This document shows positions 1 to 10,009 of a DNA stretch of 64,000 nt, piece by piece. The notes under the pieces are model-generated. The model was not told the DNA's origin. It did no database searches and worked only from the letters and a program-made list of their open reading frames with translations. Origin of the DNA: a virus (taxonomy: Duplodnaviria > Caudoviricetes); the IMG/VR virus record IMGVR_UViG_3300010355_000898, positions 64,001 through 128,000 of that record, one strand, 5' to 3'. Position 1 is the stretch's first letter, and every line of letters begins with the position of its first letter. Both the position numbers and the translations under genes were made by a program.

Positions 1-2
1 TT

Positions 3-155
3 CTGTCAACTGGATTGAAGATTAAAAATAAAGAAACTGGTGAATTGTATACTGTGAAAGAGGTTGGTATCACTGATGCAACAATTGCTTCACCACAAGG
101 TGAACATGTTCATGTCACAAAGGATGATCTTGAAAAGAATTACGAATTGGGTTGA
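3..155 (+). CDS. 3' end of a hypothetical protein (truncated by window edge)
   Basis: Open frame LSTGLKIKNKETGELYTV...NYELG ending in TGA 3 nt before the next ATG. Confidence 0.6.
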   Translation: MSTGLKIKNKETGELYTVKEVGITDATIASPQGEHVHVTKDDLEKNYELG

Positions 156-158
156 AAC

Positions 159-869
159 ATGGAAAAGAAACAAGTTAACATTCTTCAAGAAATTGATCTG
201 AATGAGATCATAAAGAGCAGCATAAAGAATGATCCCAATTTGAAACAATTGGATGAGGCATTTCATGCTGAGGAAAAAAAATTCAATCAGGTGTCTGATC
301 TGATATCACAGAAGACAAAATCTTCACATGAAGCTTTGTACAAAAATTATGTTGAAACATTCAATAAGATTTCAATTGTTGTTGATAGCGTTGACAGGAA
401 CAGTGCAAATTCAAACAATTCAGATTACAGATCAGCAAAACTTGATGAAACTTACAATCTGAATGGAATGTGGTTGCATGAACTCTATTTTGCAAACTGT
501 TTCAGTCCAAGCAGCGAAATCTATGCTGACAGTATGTCATACATAAGATTGCAACGAGATTTTGGAAGTTTTGCAAATTGGCAAAAAGATTTCATTGCAG
601 CTGCACTGTCATGTGGTCAGGGATGGGTAATCACGGGATATCATCTGTTCTTGAAAAAGTACGTTACAACAATTGTCAGTTGTAATAGTCAGGATGTGAT
701 GGTTGGATTACTTCCAATAATTGTTGTTGATATGCATGAACATTCATATTATAGGGATTACGCTACTGACAAGATGAGTTACATCATATCACAAATGAAA
801 GAATTGAATTGGAATGTCATTGAAGACAGAATTCGTAAATCTGAAGCAATCAATGAGGCAATCAAATGA
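159..869 (+). CDS. Fe/Mn superoxide dismutase-like protein
   Basis: Metal-ligand-like motifs HEALY, NGMWLHELYF, DMHEHSYYRDY and C-terminal LNWNVI, as in the Fe/Mn SOD family. Confidence 0.8.
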   Translation: MEKKQVNILQEIDLNEIIKSSIKNDPNLKQLDEAFHAEEKKFNQVSDLISQKTKSSHEALYKNYVETFNKISIVVDSVDRNSANSNNSDYRSAKLDETYNLNGMWLHELYFANCFSPSSEIYADSMSYIRLQRDFGSFANWQKDFIAAALSCGQGWVITGYHLFLKKYVTTIVSCNSQDVMVGLLPIIVVDMHEHSYYRDYATDKMSYIISQMKELNWNVIEDRIRKSEAINEAIK

Positions 870-1540
870 ACAAAAAATTTCAAGAATTGTTGAATGAACA
901 GGCAAAGATCAAATACAACAGATTTTTGCAAAAAATTCTTTGTGAAGCAGATGAAGGTCTTGATAAGGAAAAGAGTAGTGAAGAGGAAGAGATTGGCGAT
1001 TCACTTGATGCACAAATTGACAGATATTTTGCTGAATATGAAAAGGATAGCAAAGAACTGAAGATTGAAAATTTATCATACAGATTGACAAGAGATTTTC
1101 TGTTTGAAGCAGGTGAAGATGATCAGGGACAAAATGCTGAAAAAGAAGAAAAATCAGCAAACGATGAGAAGACAAAGGTCGATGACACCAAGTTGACACC
1201 AGATAATATTGATGTTGAAGCATTCAGTAATAATATCGTCAGATTGATTGACAATTATGACAACCTTCTTGAGGTGAAGAATACCATTGTCAGAAGAGCA
1301 AAGAATTTTTTGGCAAAGAATTATGATGAAGATGTCATAAATCTGTTCATAGAAGATCTTGAACAGAACCATGGAATATCTTTGAAATCAAAGGATGGAA
1401 ATGCGCCGACAGCATCCAGGTCTTCAGGCGGTGGTGATCTTTCATCTGGTGGTGGAAGTGAAGACTTTGGCATGGGTGGTTCAGCTCCTGCATCTCCAGG
1501 TCCTTCAAGCACTGATATGGGTGGTGGAGAAACAATCTGA
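866..1540 (+). CDS. Acidic hypothetical protein with Gly/Ser-rich tail (possible virion protein)
   Basis: 224 aa ORF with ATGA overlap; LLNE/ILCE motifs. Confidence 0.6.
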   Translation: MNKKFQELLNEQAKIKYNRFLQKILCEADEGLDKEKSSEEEEIGDSLDAQIDRYFAEYEKDSKELKIENLSYRLTRDFLFEAGEDDQGQNAEKEEKSANDEKTKVDDTKLTPDNIDVEAFSNNIVRLIDNYDNLLEVKNTIVRRAKNFLAKNYDEDVINLFIEDLEQNHGISLKSKDGNAPTASRSSGGGDLSSGGGSEDFGMGGSAPASPGPSSTDMGGGETI

Positions 1541-1561
1541 AAATATTGTACAATTCTGTAC

Positions 1562-1867
1562 ATGCCAACAAATCCATTATTGAATAGAGCAAGTATACAC
1601 ATCTCTCTTGAGAGATCAGACTGGCTTGATACTAAACGTTTACTGTTTGAATATGATATGACAGCAATTGAATATGTTCAATTGATGATAAGATTATTGC
1701 TCAATCATGATCAGAGAACGAGAAGAATTATTGAAGAGTATGTTTCAAAACGATTAACTGAGGGTGTAAAAAAAGTTAGAGGCGTTGGAAACAAATTCAG
1801 TAGTGTTAATCATGAAGCATTGTACAATTTGATTGAAGCAGAAAACAGTGATGAAAATGAAAAATGA
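1562..1867 (+). CDS. Hypothetical protein (possible ribbon-helix-helix DNA binder)
   Basis: Alternating N-terminal strand SIHISL followed by two helices; fold call is weak. Confidence 0.5.
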   Translation: MPTNPLLNRASIHISLERSDWLDTKRLLFEYDMTAIEYVQLMIRLLLNHDQRTRRIIEEYVSKRLTEGVKKVRGVGNKFSSVNHEALYNLIEAENSDENEK

Positions 1868-2107
1868 TGATTTACACAGTGTGATACTTGAATTGAGTTC
1901 TTCTGTTGCCATTCATGAAAATGAATTGAATATTCTTAAGAATGAAAATATTTCGTTGAGTGCAGTCATTGAAATGAACATATCAACATTGATGTTACAT
2001 CAACAATTGTTGTCTCGACTTGTACAATTGTTGAAATTTGATGATTGTGCAATTGAAAAGTTGAGAACTGGATCATTTGAACAAAAAAAATCTGATCAAT
2101 TACTTAA

Positions 2108-2521
2108 TTGACAGAAAGAAAACATATGTTGACACTAAAATTGTGTTGGTTGTTCATCAAAAAATATTGGTCATACATTCTTTTCATTGTGATTGCACTT
2201 TTTGCAATCTTTTTTGGATCAAAAACATTCACATTCAGTGAAGAATTGAAAAAGATAAGAGACATCTATGACAATGAAATCAAACAGATAGTTGAAATCA
2301 GAACAACTGAAAAATTGCAACATAAAGAAAATCAGAAAAAGTTCAATGATAGAATGGCAATCATAGAAAAGAATTATGAACAACAACAGAAAACTCTTGA
2401 TGACAAAAAGAGAAAAGAAGTTGAAACAATAGTGAAAAACTATTCTGATAAACCCATTGAACTTGCTGAACAATTGAAGAATGCAACTGGATTCACAATC
2501 ATTATGCCAAAGGATGAATAA
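2108..2521 (+). CDS. N-terminally membrane-anchored coiled-coil protein (i-spanin-like)
   Basis: Hydrophobic YILFIVIALFAIFF followed by a charged coiled coil; likely start is ATG 2126. Confidence 0.5.
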   Translation: MTERKHMLTLKLCWLFIKKYWSYILFIVIALFAIFFGSKTFTFSEELKKIRDIYDNEIKQIVEIRTTEKLQHKENQKKFNDRMAIIEKNYEQQQKTLDDKKRKEVETIVKNYSDKPIELAEQLKNATGFTIIMPKDE

Positions 2522-3025
2522 ATGATGAAAAAATTGATCAACTTTCTGTTCATAACAATTTTCATTTTTGTGAACAGCTTTGCATATGCACAGACTGTTC
2601 AATTGCCAAACATTGAAACACCGCAAGGAGAAAAGGATGTTGGTGCAGCAATATCTCCATTGAAAGCTGATCAGAAAGCTCCGTTTACTGGTGTTCTCTT
2701 ATCACCTAGGGCAACTGCAATCATAGTGACAGAATTGAACAATTTTGATGAAAAATTGAGATTGGAATTGTCAAAACAGAAGCAGGAAGATGATGCCACA
2801 TGTCAATTCACGACGTCAGAACAGAAAGCTCAAAATGATGCAGATATTGCAATAAAACAGGCACAATTGGATGCATCATTGAAAGATAGAAAAGTTCTTG
2901 AGGAAGAGATCAGAAATCTTGAAAAGAGTCAAACTTCAAAAGAATTGTGGTATGCATTGGGTGCAGGTTCAGGCATTGTTGTGACAGTTTTAACAGTTGT
3001 TGCAATATCATATGCAAAGAAATGA
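2522..3025 (+). CDS. Exported coiled-coil protein with C-terminal TM (spanin-like)
   Basis: Signal peptide ending AYA, KAPFTGVLL motif, coiled coil, C-terminal hydrophobic helix plus KK. Confidence 0.5.
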   Translation: MMKKLINFLFITIFIFVNSFAYAQTVQLPNIETPQGEKDVGAAISPLKADQKAPFTGVLLSPRATAIIVTELNNFDEKLRLELSKQKQEDDATCQFTTSEQKAQNDADIAIKQAQLDASLKDRKVLEEEIRNLEKSQTSKELWYALGAGSGIVVTVLTVVAISYAKK

Positions 3026-3060
3026 TTTCATTTCATATTTAATCTGTTAGGAGTGCAATC

Positions 3061-3366
3061 ATGGAAGAGAATGAAATCACTGAACAACAGAAAAAAGAAG
3101 AAACAGTGACTGAAATGTCCACAACAGAAAAGCCAGAAGCATCTTGGATTTGGATGAAAAATTCCAAAGGTCAACCTTCGGCTTCAATAACATTTGCAAC
3201 AATTGCATTTTGGGTAACAACAATTGCATACATTGGATCAATCTTTCAGAAGGTTGGGCCAATTGAGTTTAGAAGTTTTGACGTCGCAGCATGTTCAGCA
3301 TATCTTGTCCCAATTCTTGGGTTGTATTTTGGGCGCAGATTTGTTGATGCAAAACAATCAAATTGA
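3061..3366 (+). CDS. Two-TM holin-like membrane protein
   Basis: Two hydrophobic helices and GLYFGRR C-terminus; AGGAG SD upstream. Confidence 0.5.
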   Translation: MEENEITEQQKKEETVTEMSTTEKPEASWIWMKNSKGQPSASITFATIAFWVTTIAYIGSIFQKVGPIEFRSFDVAACSAYLVPILGLYFGRRFVDAKQSN

Positions 3367-3378
3367 TGAAGATAATTA

Positions 3379-4284
3379 GTGATTGCAATGGACACAATCA
3401 GAGTTACAAAAACTGCACTTTGTGAATTCATAAAAGAAGCATTGAATGGTCAAATCGAAGGTGGCTCAGAAACAAATCCAGTTAAAATCAACAATGTTGT
3501 TGATCAACAGGCACCAATAACTGATCCAACAGACAGAGATTTTATTCCACAAAATCAACAAGAACTTTCATCAGCAATATCAAAGCTTGTGAAATCAATT
3601 GATGACGAAGATGTATCTGATGTGTACAATGACATTGTGAAATCATTTGATCAGCAGAAAGAAAAAGTGGATATGAAAAAAACAAGTGTTACTGAAACAG
3701 TGGTCAGAAATCACATCAAAAAATTGATCAGAGAAATGTTTGATGATGAACTGGACAATGAATTGTCAGGTGAAGATTTGACTTCACTCAAGAAGAGTAA
3801 GAGAGCAAAGCGAGAAGAGGAAGAAGATCTTGATGATGATAAGTTGTCAAAAAAGAAGAAGAATCTCAGCGTTGCTGACATTGAGGGCGGCAATCTGAAA
3901 GACATTGCAAAAGAGCTTGGCGGTTCAGTTGCTGGTGCAAAGAGGGTTACAGATGTTGCCCTTGACAAGGCAAAGGGTGGTTTTGAACTGTTACAGACTG
4001 ATGGAACAGAGATCATTGAAAGATTGAAGGAAGAAGATCCTGAAATTGGTGAGATAATTGATCAGTTTGAGGCTGAATATGGCGCTTCAAAGTTGGCTGC
4101 GCTGTTGGCTCTTGCAGTTGACAACTACATTGATGACATATCAGACACTGGTGAAGTTACAGATGCTGATGTTGAACTTCTTCGCAAGAATCCAACAATT
4201 GTTGCGGATCTTGACAATTTCCGTGAATACTTTCACAAATACTATCTAAAGGTTGGTTATGGTCAACCTTGGAAAAATCGTTAA
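3379..4284 (+). CDS. Acidic hypothetical protein (possible internal head protein)
   Basis: 301 aa ORF; TAATTA motif upstream; FIKE and LIRE motifs. Confidence 0.6.
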   Translation: MIAMDTIRVTKTALCEFIKEALNGQIEGGSETNPVKINNVVDQQAPITDPTDRDFIPQNQQELSSAISKLVKSIDDEDVSDVYNDIVKSFDQQKEKVDMKKTSVTETVVRNHIKKLIREMFDDELDNELSGEDLTSLKKSKRAKREEEEDLDDDKLSKKKKNLSVADIEGGNLKDIAKELGGSVAGAKRVTDVALDKAKGGFELLQTDGTEIIERLKEEDPEIGEIIDQFEAEYGASKLAALLALAVDNYIDDISDTGEVTDADVELLRKNPTIVADLDNFREYFHKYYLKVGYGQPWKNR

Positions 4285-4308
4285 TCAACACTGATTGGAA
4301 TTGACAAC

Positions 4309-5049
4309 ATGAGTACTCTCATTGCAGCAGTTCAGTTTAAACCTGAACATTTGAATGTTGAAAAAAATTTGAAAAGAATTCAAACTTTAACATTTGAGGC
4401 TGCAACAAATGGTGCAAAAATTGTTGTTTTTCCTGAATTGATAACGACAGGTCCACTTATAGAGAATGAAACTGTTGCGTCTGGCTGTTCCCAACAATTC
4501 AATGGAAACCAGACGCAACAGTTGATTGATGTTGCAGCATCATTGGGTGTCAGCATATGTTTTGGATATGTTGAAAAGTGTGACAACAAATATTGGAATT
4601 CTGCACAATTGATTTCGGGAGAAGGTGTTCTCCTGAATGTTAAAAAGCACAATTTGCGTGGGTATGATAATCTGTGGACACAAACGTCTGATGAAATCAT
4701 TCCAATGACGTCATATCCAGGAATGCGAATTTCTATCCTGATTGGGGATGATATCAAAAATAGAGCACATAGTGAAGGGATCTTCAAAGAAGGTCAACAA
4801 TTCATTAAGAAGGGTTCTGTCGACCTTGTGCTGCATCCATCTGCAACAACCATCACAACCCTTCCAGAAGATGATTGGATGATGTTTAGCGAAGAGGTTG
4901 ATTGTCCTTCCATTCATGCAAATCAAATATTTCAGGATGAATTTATGGGTTGCAATGGCGGAAGTTGCATAATCACAAAAGATTTGAGAGCGCACAAATC
5001 AGTTGGCACATCAACAGATGGTGTAGAATTCATCTACCAGGAGATCTGA
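4309..5049 (+). CDS. Carbon-nitrogen hydrolase (nitrilase) family protein, catalytic Cys apparently absent
   Basis: IAAVQF, IVVFPEL, YWNS, KKHNL; IGDD in place of ICYD. Confidence 0.8.
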   Translation: MSTLIAAVQFKPEHLNVEKNLKRIQTLTFEAATNGAKIVVFPELITTGPLIENETVASGCSQQFNGNQTQQLIDVAASLGVSICFGYVEKCDNKYWNSAQLISGEGVLLNVKKHNLRGYDNLWTQTSDEIIPMTSYPGMRISILIGDDIKNRAHSEGIFKEGQQFIKKGSVDLVLHPSATTITTLPEDDWMMFSEEVDCPSIHANQIFQDEFMGCNGGSCIITKDLRAHKSVGTSTDGVEFIYQEI

Positions 5050-5053
5050 AAAT

Positions 5054-5359
5054 ATGTTGCCAGAACATGATCCAATTGAACCCAAAGAGAGATTGCCAGT
5101 TTTTGTTTTTGACAGATGGAATTTGACAAAAGATGGTTTGATGAAATCATACAAATTTCAGGATAGAAAACAGTTGAGATATTTCATCAGTTCAATCATT
5201 GAATACGAAGAACAGATTCAACACTCTGCAAAGATTGATATTTTGGGAACAAAAGTTGGGATAACAATCATAACAGAAACAATTGAAATTGTTACTGAGA
5301 TTGACAAAGAGTATGCAAGGTATGTTGATGTTGTTTACAGAGATGTGATGCAACAGTGA
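5054..5359 (+). CDS. Pterin-4-alpha-carbinolamine dehydratase-like protein
   Basis: W...LMKSYKFQD...F...E..QHSAKI...VTEID pattern and size fit the PCD/PhhB fold. Confidence 0.65.
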   Translation: MLPEHDPIEPKERLPVFVFDRWNLTKDGLMKSYKFQDRKQLRYFISSIIEYEEQIQHSAKIDILGTKVGITIITETIEIVTEIDKEYARYVDVVYRDVMQQ

Positions 5360-5708
5360 ACTACATACAATCTGACGTTGTTGAGTTGACAACTGTCGAA
5401 CAGTTCATTTGCAAATTCATTGCAAATGATTGTGTGTATTTTGTGTGTGATATCATATCAGCAAAATTTTCTTCACATGGTACATTAATGTTGTGTGTAA
5501 AATCTGTTTTCAATCATGGAATTCAGTTTACGCAGAACTGTTTCAATAAACAATTTGATATCATCATGTTTCCAAATGAACTCAAATTGTGCACATGTGT
5601 TGTGGAAACAATTGAATTGATGAAATTTGATTATGCAACTCAAATGGTGATGATTGAACTCTGTCTTGTGAAGTGTGAATGAATAGTTAAACACAGGAAT
5701 TTTTATAT

Positions 5709-6368
5709 ATGTCAAATGAAATTGTGATCATCAAAGATGGAAAAACTCTTGGCGCAATAATTGAACAGATTGTTGTTGAAACAAAAGTGAACATGAAAAA
5801 AAAGAGATTGCATGAAGATTTTGAAAATGCTGTTGAAGGTGACAAAAAGTCTGAAGAGAATGCGCCGTCAGGTGATGAGCAGCAGTCAACAGCACAGGAT
5901 GCATCAAATAGCACTGATTCAAGCGCACAACAGAATGATGTGAATGATTTGCAAGGTTTGAAGGCAGCCGATGCAGAGAAGATGAGAAAGGGTGTTGTCA
6001 AACCTGATGACATAATTGACAAATTCAATGCAATAAGATCTGGAAAATCTCTCAAAAATGAAGATGTTGAACCTGCATTGATGAAATACCTCAATTCATT
6101 ATCAAAAGAGGAAAAGACAGCATTCTATGCATTCCTAAAGGGCATAGCACAATTGGTGACAGGAGAGATAAGTGTTCCGGAATCTGTTACTGACCCATCA
6201 AACCCGCCAGCAAACATTGAAATGAAAAAGGTTGATGCACCCCAGCAGCGTTCTGTGAAACCAAACGTAATTAAACGATCACCTGTCCCTGGCGTTGTCA
6301 ACAAAGAGAAGAAGGGTGATGAGGATACGTCATCGCCTGTTCCAATAATGCCAAAAAAGAATGGTTAA
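5709..6368 (+). CDS. Hypothetical protein (possible virion protein)
   Basis: 219 aa ORF; TAGTTA motif at 5684. Confidence 0.6.
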   Translation: MSNEIVIIKDGKTLGAIIEQIVVETKVNMKKKRLHEDFENAVEGDKKSEENAPSGDEQQSTAQDASNSTDSSAQQNDVNDLQGLKAADAEKMRKGVVKPDDIIDKFNAIRSGKSLKNEDVEPALMKYLNSLSKEEKTAFYAFLKGIAQLVTGEISVPESVTDPSNPPANIEMKKVDAPQQRSVKPNVIKRSPVPGVVNKEKKGDEDTSSPVPIMPKKNG

Positions 6369-6373
6369 AAATC

Positions 6374-7831
6374 ATGAAAATTGTTGACACAATTCTTGAA
6401 CGTCGACTCAAAGAGGTTGATATAACAGGCGGATTGAAGGTTGATTTTGCTTCTGATGAACATGTTTCAGATCTCAAGAAGAGAATTGATGATCTCAGAT
6501 ATTGGCGTGATCTGTCTCCCAGAGGGACAGAAAAACGTGCAAACTATTCAAGATTGATCCAAAGATTGAATGCTGAACTGAAGTCTGCACAACGTCAACA
6601 GAACAGAACAGAACATGTTCAACTGAGTGAAGGGGGTGCGGTCGGACATCTCTATCACCCATATGATAACAGGGATTTGACTTTTGCAGAGATCAAGGAT
6701 TTCATAGAGAGTGCTGCTGAAGGCAGATTACAGAAGGTTTCAGAAAAGTTTGATGGGATGAACATTGTGTTCACATTCAATGTTTCTGAGGGTCAATTGA
6801 AGGTTGCAAGAAATTCTGGTGACATTAAGCGTGGTGGAATGGATGCACCTGAATTGGCAAAAAAATTCTTTGGTAGAGGGAACGTTGAGGAGGCATTCAA
6901 CTCTGCATTTGATGCAATTTCATCAGCATTGATGACAATTGATGTTGAAAATCTTGACAAAATATTTGGTGAAAATGGAAACAGATGGTACAGTGCTGAG
7001 ATCATATATGCGCAGAATCCAAATGTTCTAAATTATGATGGTAACAATGTTGTTGTGCATCAGTGGCCAATATTTGACGTTGATGACAATGGAAATGTTG
7101 ACATGTCAGATGATGCATCAGGAGTTGACATCTTGACAAGAATGGTTGACAAATTGCAATTGCAAATCAGGCAGAGAGAATGGCGAATAAATGGACCTGC
7201 AATCATTGGTCTCAAAAAGTTGTCAGATGGAACAATATCACAAAGGTGCATTGATGAAATCAACAGCGCAATGCAACAGTATGGCGTACATGATGATGAT
7301 ACACTTGGTGATTACATGATGAGATATGTGCTCAATGATATTGATGAAAATTTTGGTGACACTCTGAACAGTGACGTAAAAACTGCAATTGCAACCAGAA
7401 TTCTTGAATTGCCAGGTGCACAGAACCTTACACAGATAAAAAAGATGGTAAAAACAGGAAGTGAACAGATTGTTGAATATGTTAAGAATGGTGCGACAAC
7501 GTTGAAGCAGTCAGTTGAACCATTTGAGAATGCAATTCACAGATTTGGCACACAATTGCTCAGAACACTCAAGTCAACAATCATAAGCAATCCTGGTGAA
7601 GAAACATCAAGATTGAAGAGTGAATTGATGAATGCAATGAGCAATATTGAGAACACAGGTGATGAACGACAAAAGTTGAAAGCGCAACAACAGTTCAAAA
7701 AGATGGAAAATCCTGAGAACATTTCTCCAATTGAAGGGATTGTTTTCATTTACAAAGGAAATGCATACAAATTCACTGGGTCTTTTGCACCACTCAATCA
7801 GATTTTGGGACTATTTAAGTACGGAAGATAA
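6374..7831 (+). CDS. DUF6267-like phage protein with ligase-type nucleotidyltransferase motifs
   Basis: EGGAVGHLYHPYD, SEKFDG (motif I-like), SAEII, EGIVF, YKFTG. Confidence 0.6.
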   Translation: MKIVDTILERRLKEVDITGGLKVDFASDEHVSDLKKRIDDLRYWRDLSPRGTEKRANYSRLIQRLNAELKSAQRQQNRTEHVQLSEGGAVGHLYHPYDNRDLTFAEIKDFIESAAEGRLQKVSEKFDGMNIVFTFNVSEGQLKVARNSGDIKRGGMDAPELAKKFFGRGNVEEAFNSAFDAISSALMTIDVENLDKIFGENGNRWYSAEIIYAQNPNVLNYDGNNVVVHQWPIFDVDDNGNVDMSDDASGVDILTRMVDKLQLQIRQREWRINGPAIIGLKKLSDGTISQRCIDEINSAMQQYGVHDDDTLGDYMMRYVLNDIDENFGDTLNSDVKTAIATRILELPGAQNLTQIKKMVKTGSEQIVEYVKNGATTLKQSVEPFENAIHRFGTQLLRTLKSTIISNPGEETSRLKSELMNAMSNIENTGDERQKLKAQQQFKKMENPENISPIEGIVFIYKGNAYKFTGSFAPLNQILGLFKYGR

Positions 7832-7834
7832 TTT

Positions 7835-9268
7835 ATGTTGTCATTGAAACAATTGTTCACCCTCAGAAATCAGATCAAAAATGCGTATATGATGGATGTG
7901 TCATCAACAATCAAAGAGGGAATTGGTGATGATTTGAGAGCAAAAAAGGAGTCAGCATGGGAAAGATTGTTGGCTGCAGACAATGCTCTGAATGATGTGA
8001 CAAAAACATATCACAAAAATCCAGAACTGAACACATACATTCAACAAAACTTGAGAGAACTTCAACAAAAATATTCAGATCAGCTTCCACCGCAGAGTGA
8101 AAAATTGTTCAATTCAATTGATGGCAGAAAAAAGTTGCAAAAAATGTTGGTTGCAATTCTCTCAAAAGAGCCAGAATTTGAACACAATCCTGAACTTGCA
8201 AAGGATTACATTGTCAAGAGAGCAAAGACTGAATGGGAGAAGGCAGCAAAACAGTATGCTCAATATGATCCTGATTTTGAGTACACAATGAATCTTCAAA
8301 AACAGGATCAAGAAGACGTTGAAGATGACAGTGATGCAAAAATGCCAACCAGTTCAGAAGCTTCAAAAAAGATCATTGATATTGAGGATATCATTCCTCT
8401 GAAACATTACAAATGGCCCAAGCAGATAACCGCATCAAAAATCCCTTATGGAGCTCAGAAAGCAGGTCAGGGTGAAATTGAGATGGGAACAGGTCCCGGT
8501 GAAAATTGGCTTGCAAGACTCCTTGGTGCAAAGGTTCAGGGTGGAAACGTATCATTTGATCTTGTGACTCAGGATGGAAGAAAGTGGGAAGTGAAGGCAC
8601 TTGATGGCGCATCGAGTTTGATCAGACCGGGTGTTAAGGGTCTCAAGGCATATGAAAAATCATACAAAATGATGAGTGATTTTTTTGACATTGTGAAAAC
8701 ATTCACTGTACAGTGTCAAACTTCTGAAGCTTTTGATCAGTTGAGAAATGAAACAGTTGATGCATCATTTGAAAATGTGAAACAGTTCGCAAGTGCGATC
8801 AATAAGGATGAAATTTCATATGAAAAGATGATCAAAATCTACTCTGTTGTGCACAGTCTCAAGGAGTTGAGAGATTACATAGCAAAACAGATTGATTTCA
8901 GTCATGATGCAATCTCTGAAAAGAAGTATGGTGAAAACCGGTTGACTGTTTTGCAATCAATCAGGGTTGAAAAATTGCTCAAAAAATTGAATGGAAATGC
9001 ACTCAGCGATGATGAACAGACAGATCTGTCTGCAATCATTGAACCGCTCTATACACCGGCAATTGATGATAATGAACTCTTGTTGAATGCATGGGGTGAA
9101 GCTATTGATGTCAGAAATGTATTCTCAGGCGTGAATGGAATGTTCATCGTTAGCAAAGATATGTACATGATGATTCCTGCTGAAGATTTTGTTGAACACA
9201 TCAAATTCAAGAAAGTTTCTCAAGGTCGTCCAAGATTTGGTGTTGATGTGTTCTTCTCTGTTCAATAA
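7835..9268 (+). CDS. Protein with PD-(D/E)xK nuclease-like motif
   Basis: GPGENWLA...SFDLVTQDGRKWEVK. Confidence 0.5.
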   Translation: MLSLKQLFTLRNQIKNAYMMDVSSTIKEGIGDDLRAKKESAWERLLAADNALNDVTKTYHKNPELNTYIQQNLRELQQKYSDQLPPQSEKLFNSIDGRKKLQKMLVAILSKEPEFEHNPELAKDYIVKRAKTEWEKAAKQYAQYDPDFEYTMNLQKQDQEDVEDDSDAKMPTSSEASKKIIDIEDIIPLKHYKWPKQITASKIPYGAQKAGQGEIEMGTGPGENWLARLLGAKVQGGNVSFDLVTQDGRKWEVKALDGASSLIRPGVKGLKAYEKSYKMMSDFFDIVKTFTVQCQTSEAFDQLRNETVDASFENVKQFASAINKDEISYEKMIKIYSVVHSLKELRDYIAKQIDFSHDAISEKKYGENRLTVLQSIRVEKLLKKLNGNALSDDEQTDLSAIIEPLYTPAIDDNELLLNAWGEAIDVRNVFSGVNGMFIVSKDMYMMIPAEDFVEHIKFKKVSQGRPRFGVDVFFSVQ

Positions 9269-9321
9269 CTTTTTCTGCGCACAAACATTTGTGAAATATT
9301 TGGGATAATGTTTGTACTATC

Positions 9322-9993
9322 ATGAACATGAATAGAAATCCCATAAAAGTGGTTTCATGTGGTACAGTTACTTGGCGTTCAGCAGAGAATGGAACAATTG
9401 AGATTGTTCTCATCAAACAGTTTGATGATATCAATTCTTGGGGAATTCCAAAAGGAAAAATCAAGAATTATGAAACGCTTGAGGAGTGTGCCATCAGGGA
9501 AACAAGAGAAGAGGCAGGAATTGACGTTGCGTTGTGCATAAAATTGACACCAGTATTCAAAAAGAACGCTCATGAACACAGAGTTGTTGTTCCATACATT
9601 GCTGTGCAAACAGACAATGGAGAACTGAATTCGCAAGATCCTGACTCTGAAGTTGCTGAGGCAAAATGGTTCAATGAGAACAGTTTACCAAGAATGCACA
9701 ATTATCAGAGAGAAATGATTCTCAACTCTGTTAAAACAATCAAGAACCTCATTGAAAAGAATGGTGAAGAGTGGTTGAAGAGTGAACGTTTCATTGATCC
9801 CAAACTGATCAGTGAAGTGCATGAAAAGATTGATTTCACTCTAAAAATTGTTGGAAAGGGCACTGAATGGAAAGAATTCAGGAAGCACCTGCTCTGGAAC
9901 AGCACTCAAACAATCAGGAGACAATTCAAGTCAACAATGACACCATTTGAACAGCATGTGAAAGATTATTGGGAAGATCAACGTTCATGTTGA
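9322..9993 (+). CDS. NUDIX hydrolase
   Basis: WGIPKGKIKNYETLEECAIRETREEAG Nudix box; probable start 9328. Confidence 0.9.
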   Translation: MNMNRNPIKVVSCGTVTWRSAENGTIEIVLIKQFDDINSWGIPKGKIKNYETLEECAIRETREEAGIDVALCIKLTPVFKKNAHEHRVVVPYIAVQTDNGELNSQDPDSEVAEAKWFNENSLPRMHNYQREMILNSVKTIKNLIEKNGEEWLKSERFIDPKLISEVHEKIDFTLKIVGKGTEWKEFRKHLLWNSTQTIRRQFKSTMTPFEQHVKDYWEDQRSC

Positions 9994-10009
9994 CAATAGT
10001 TAATTGCAG

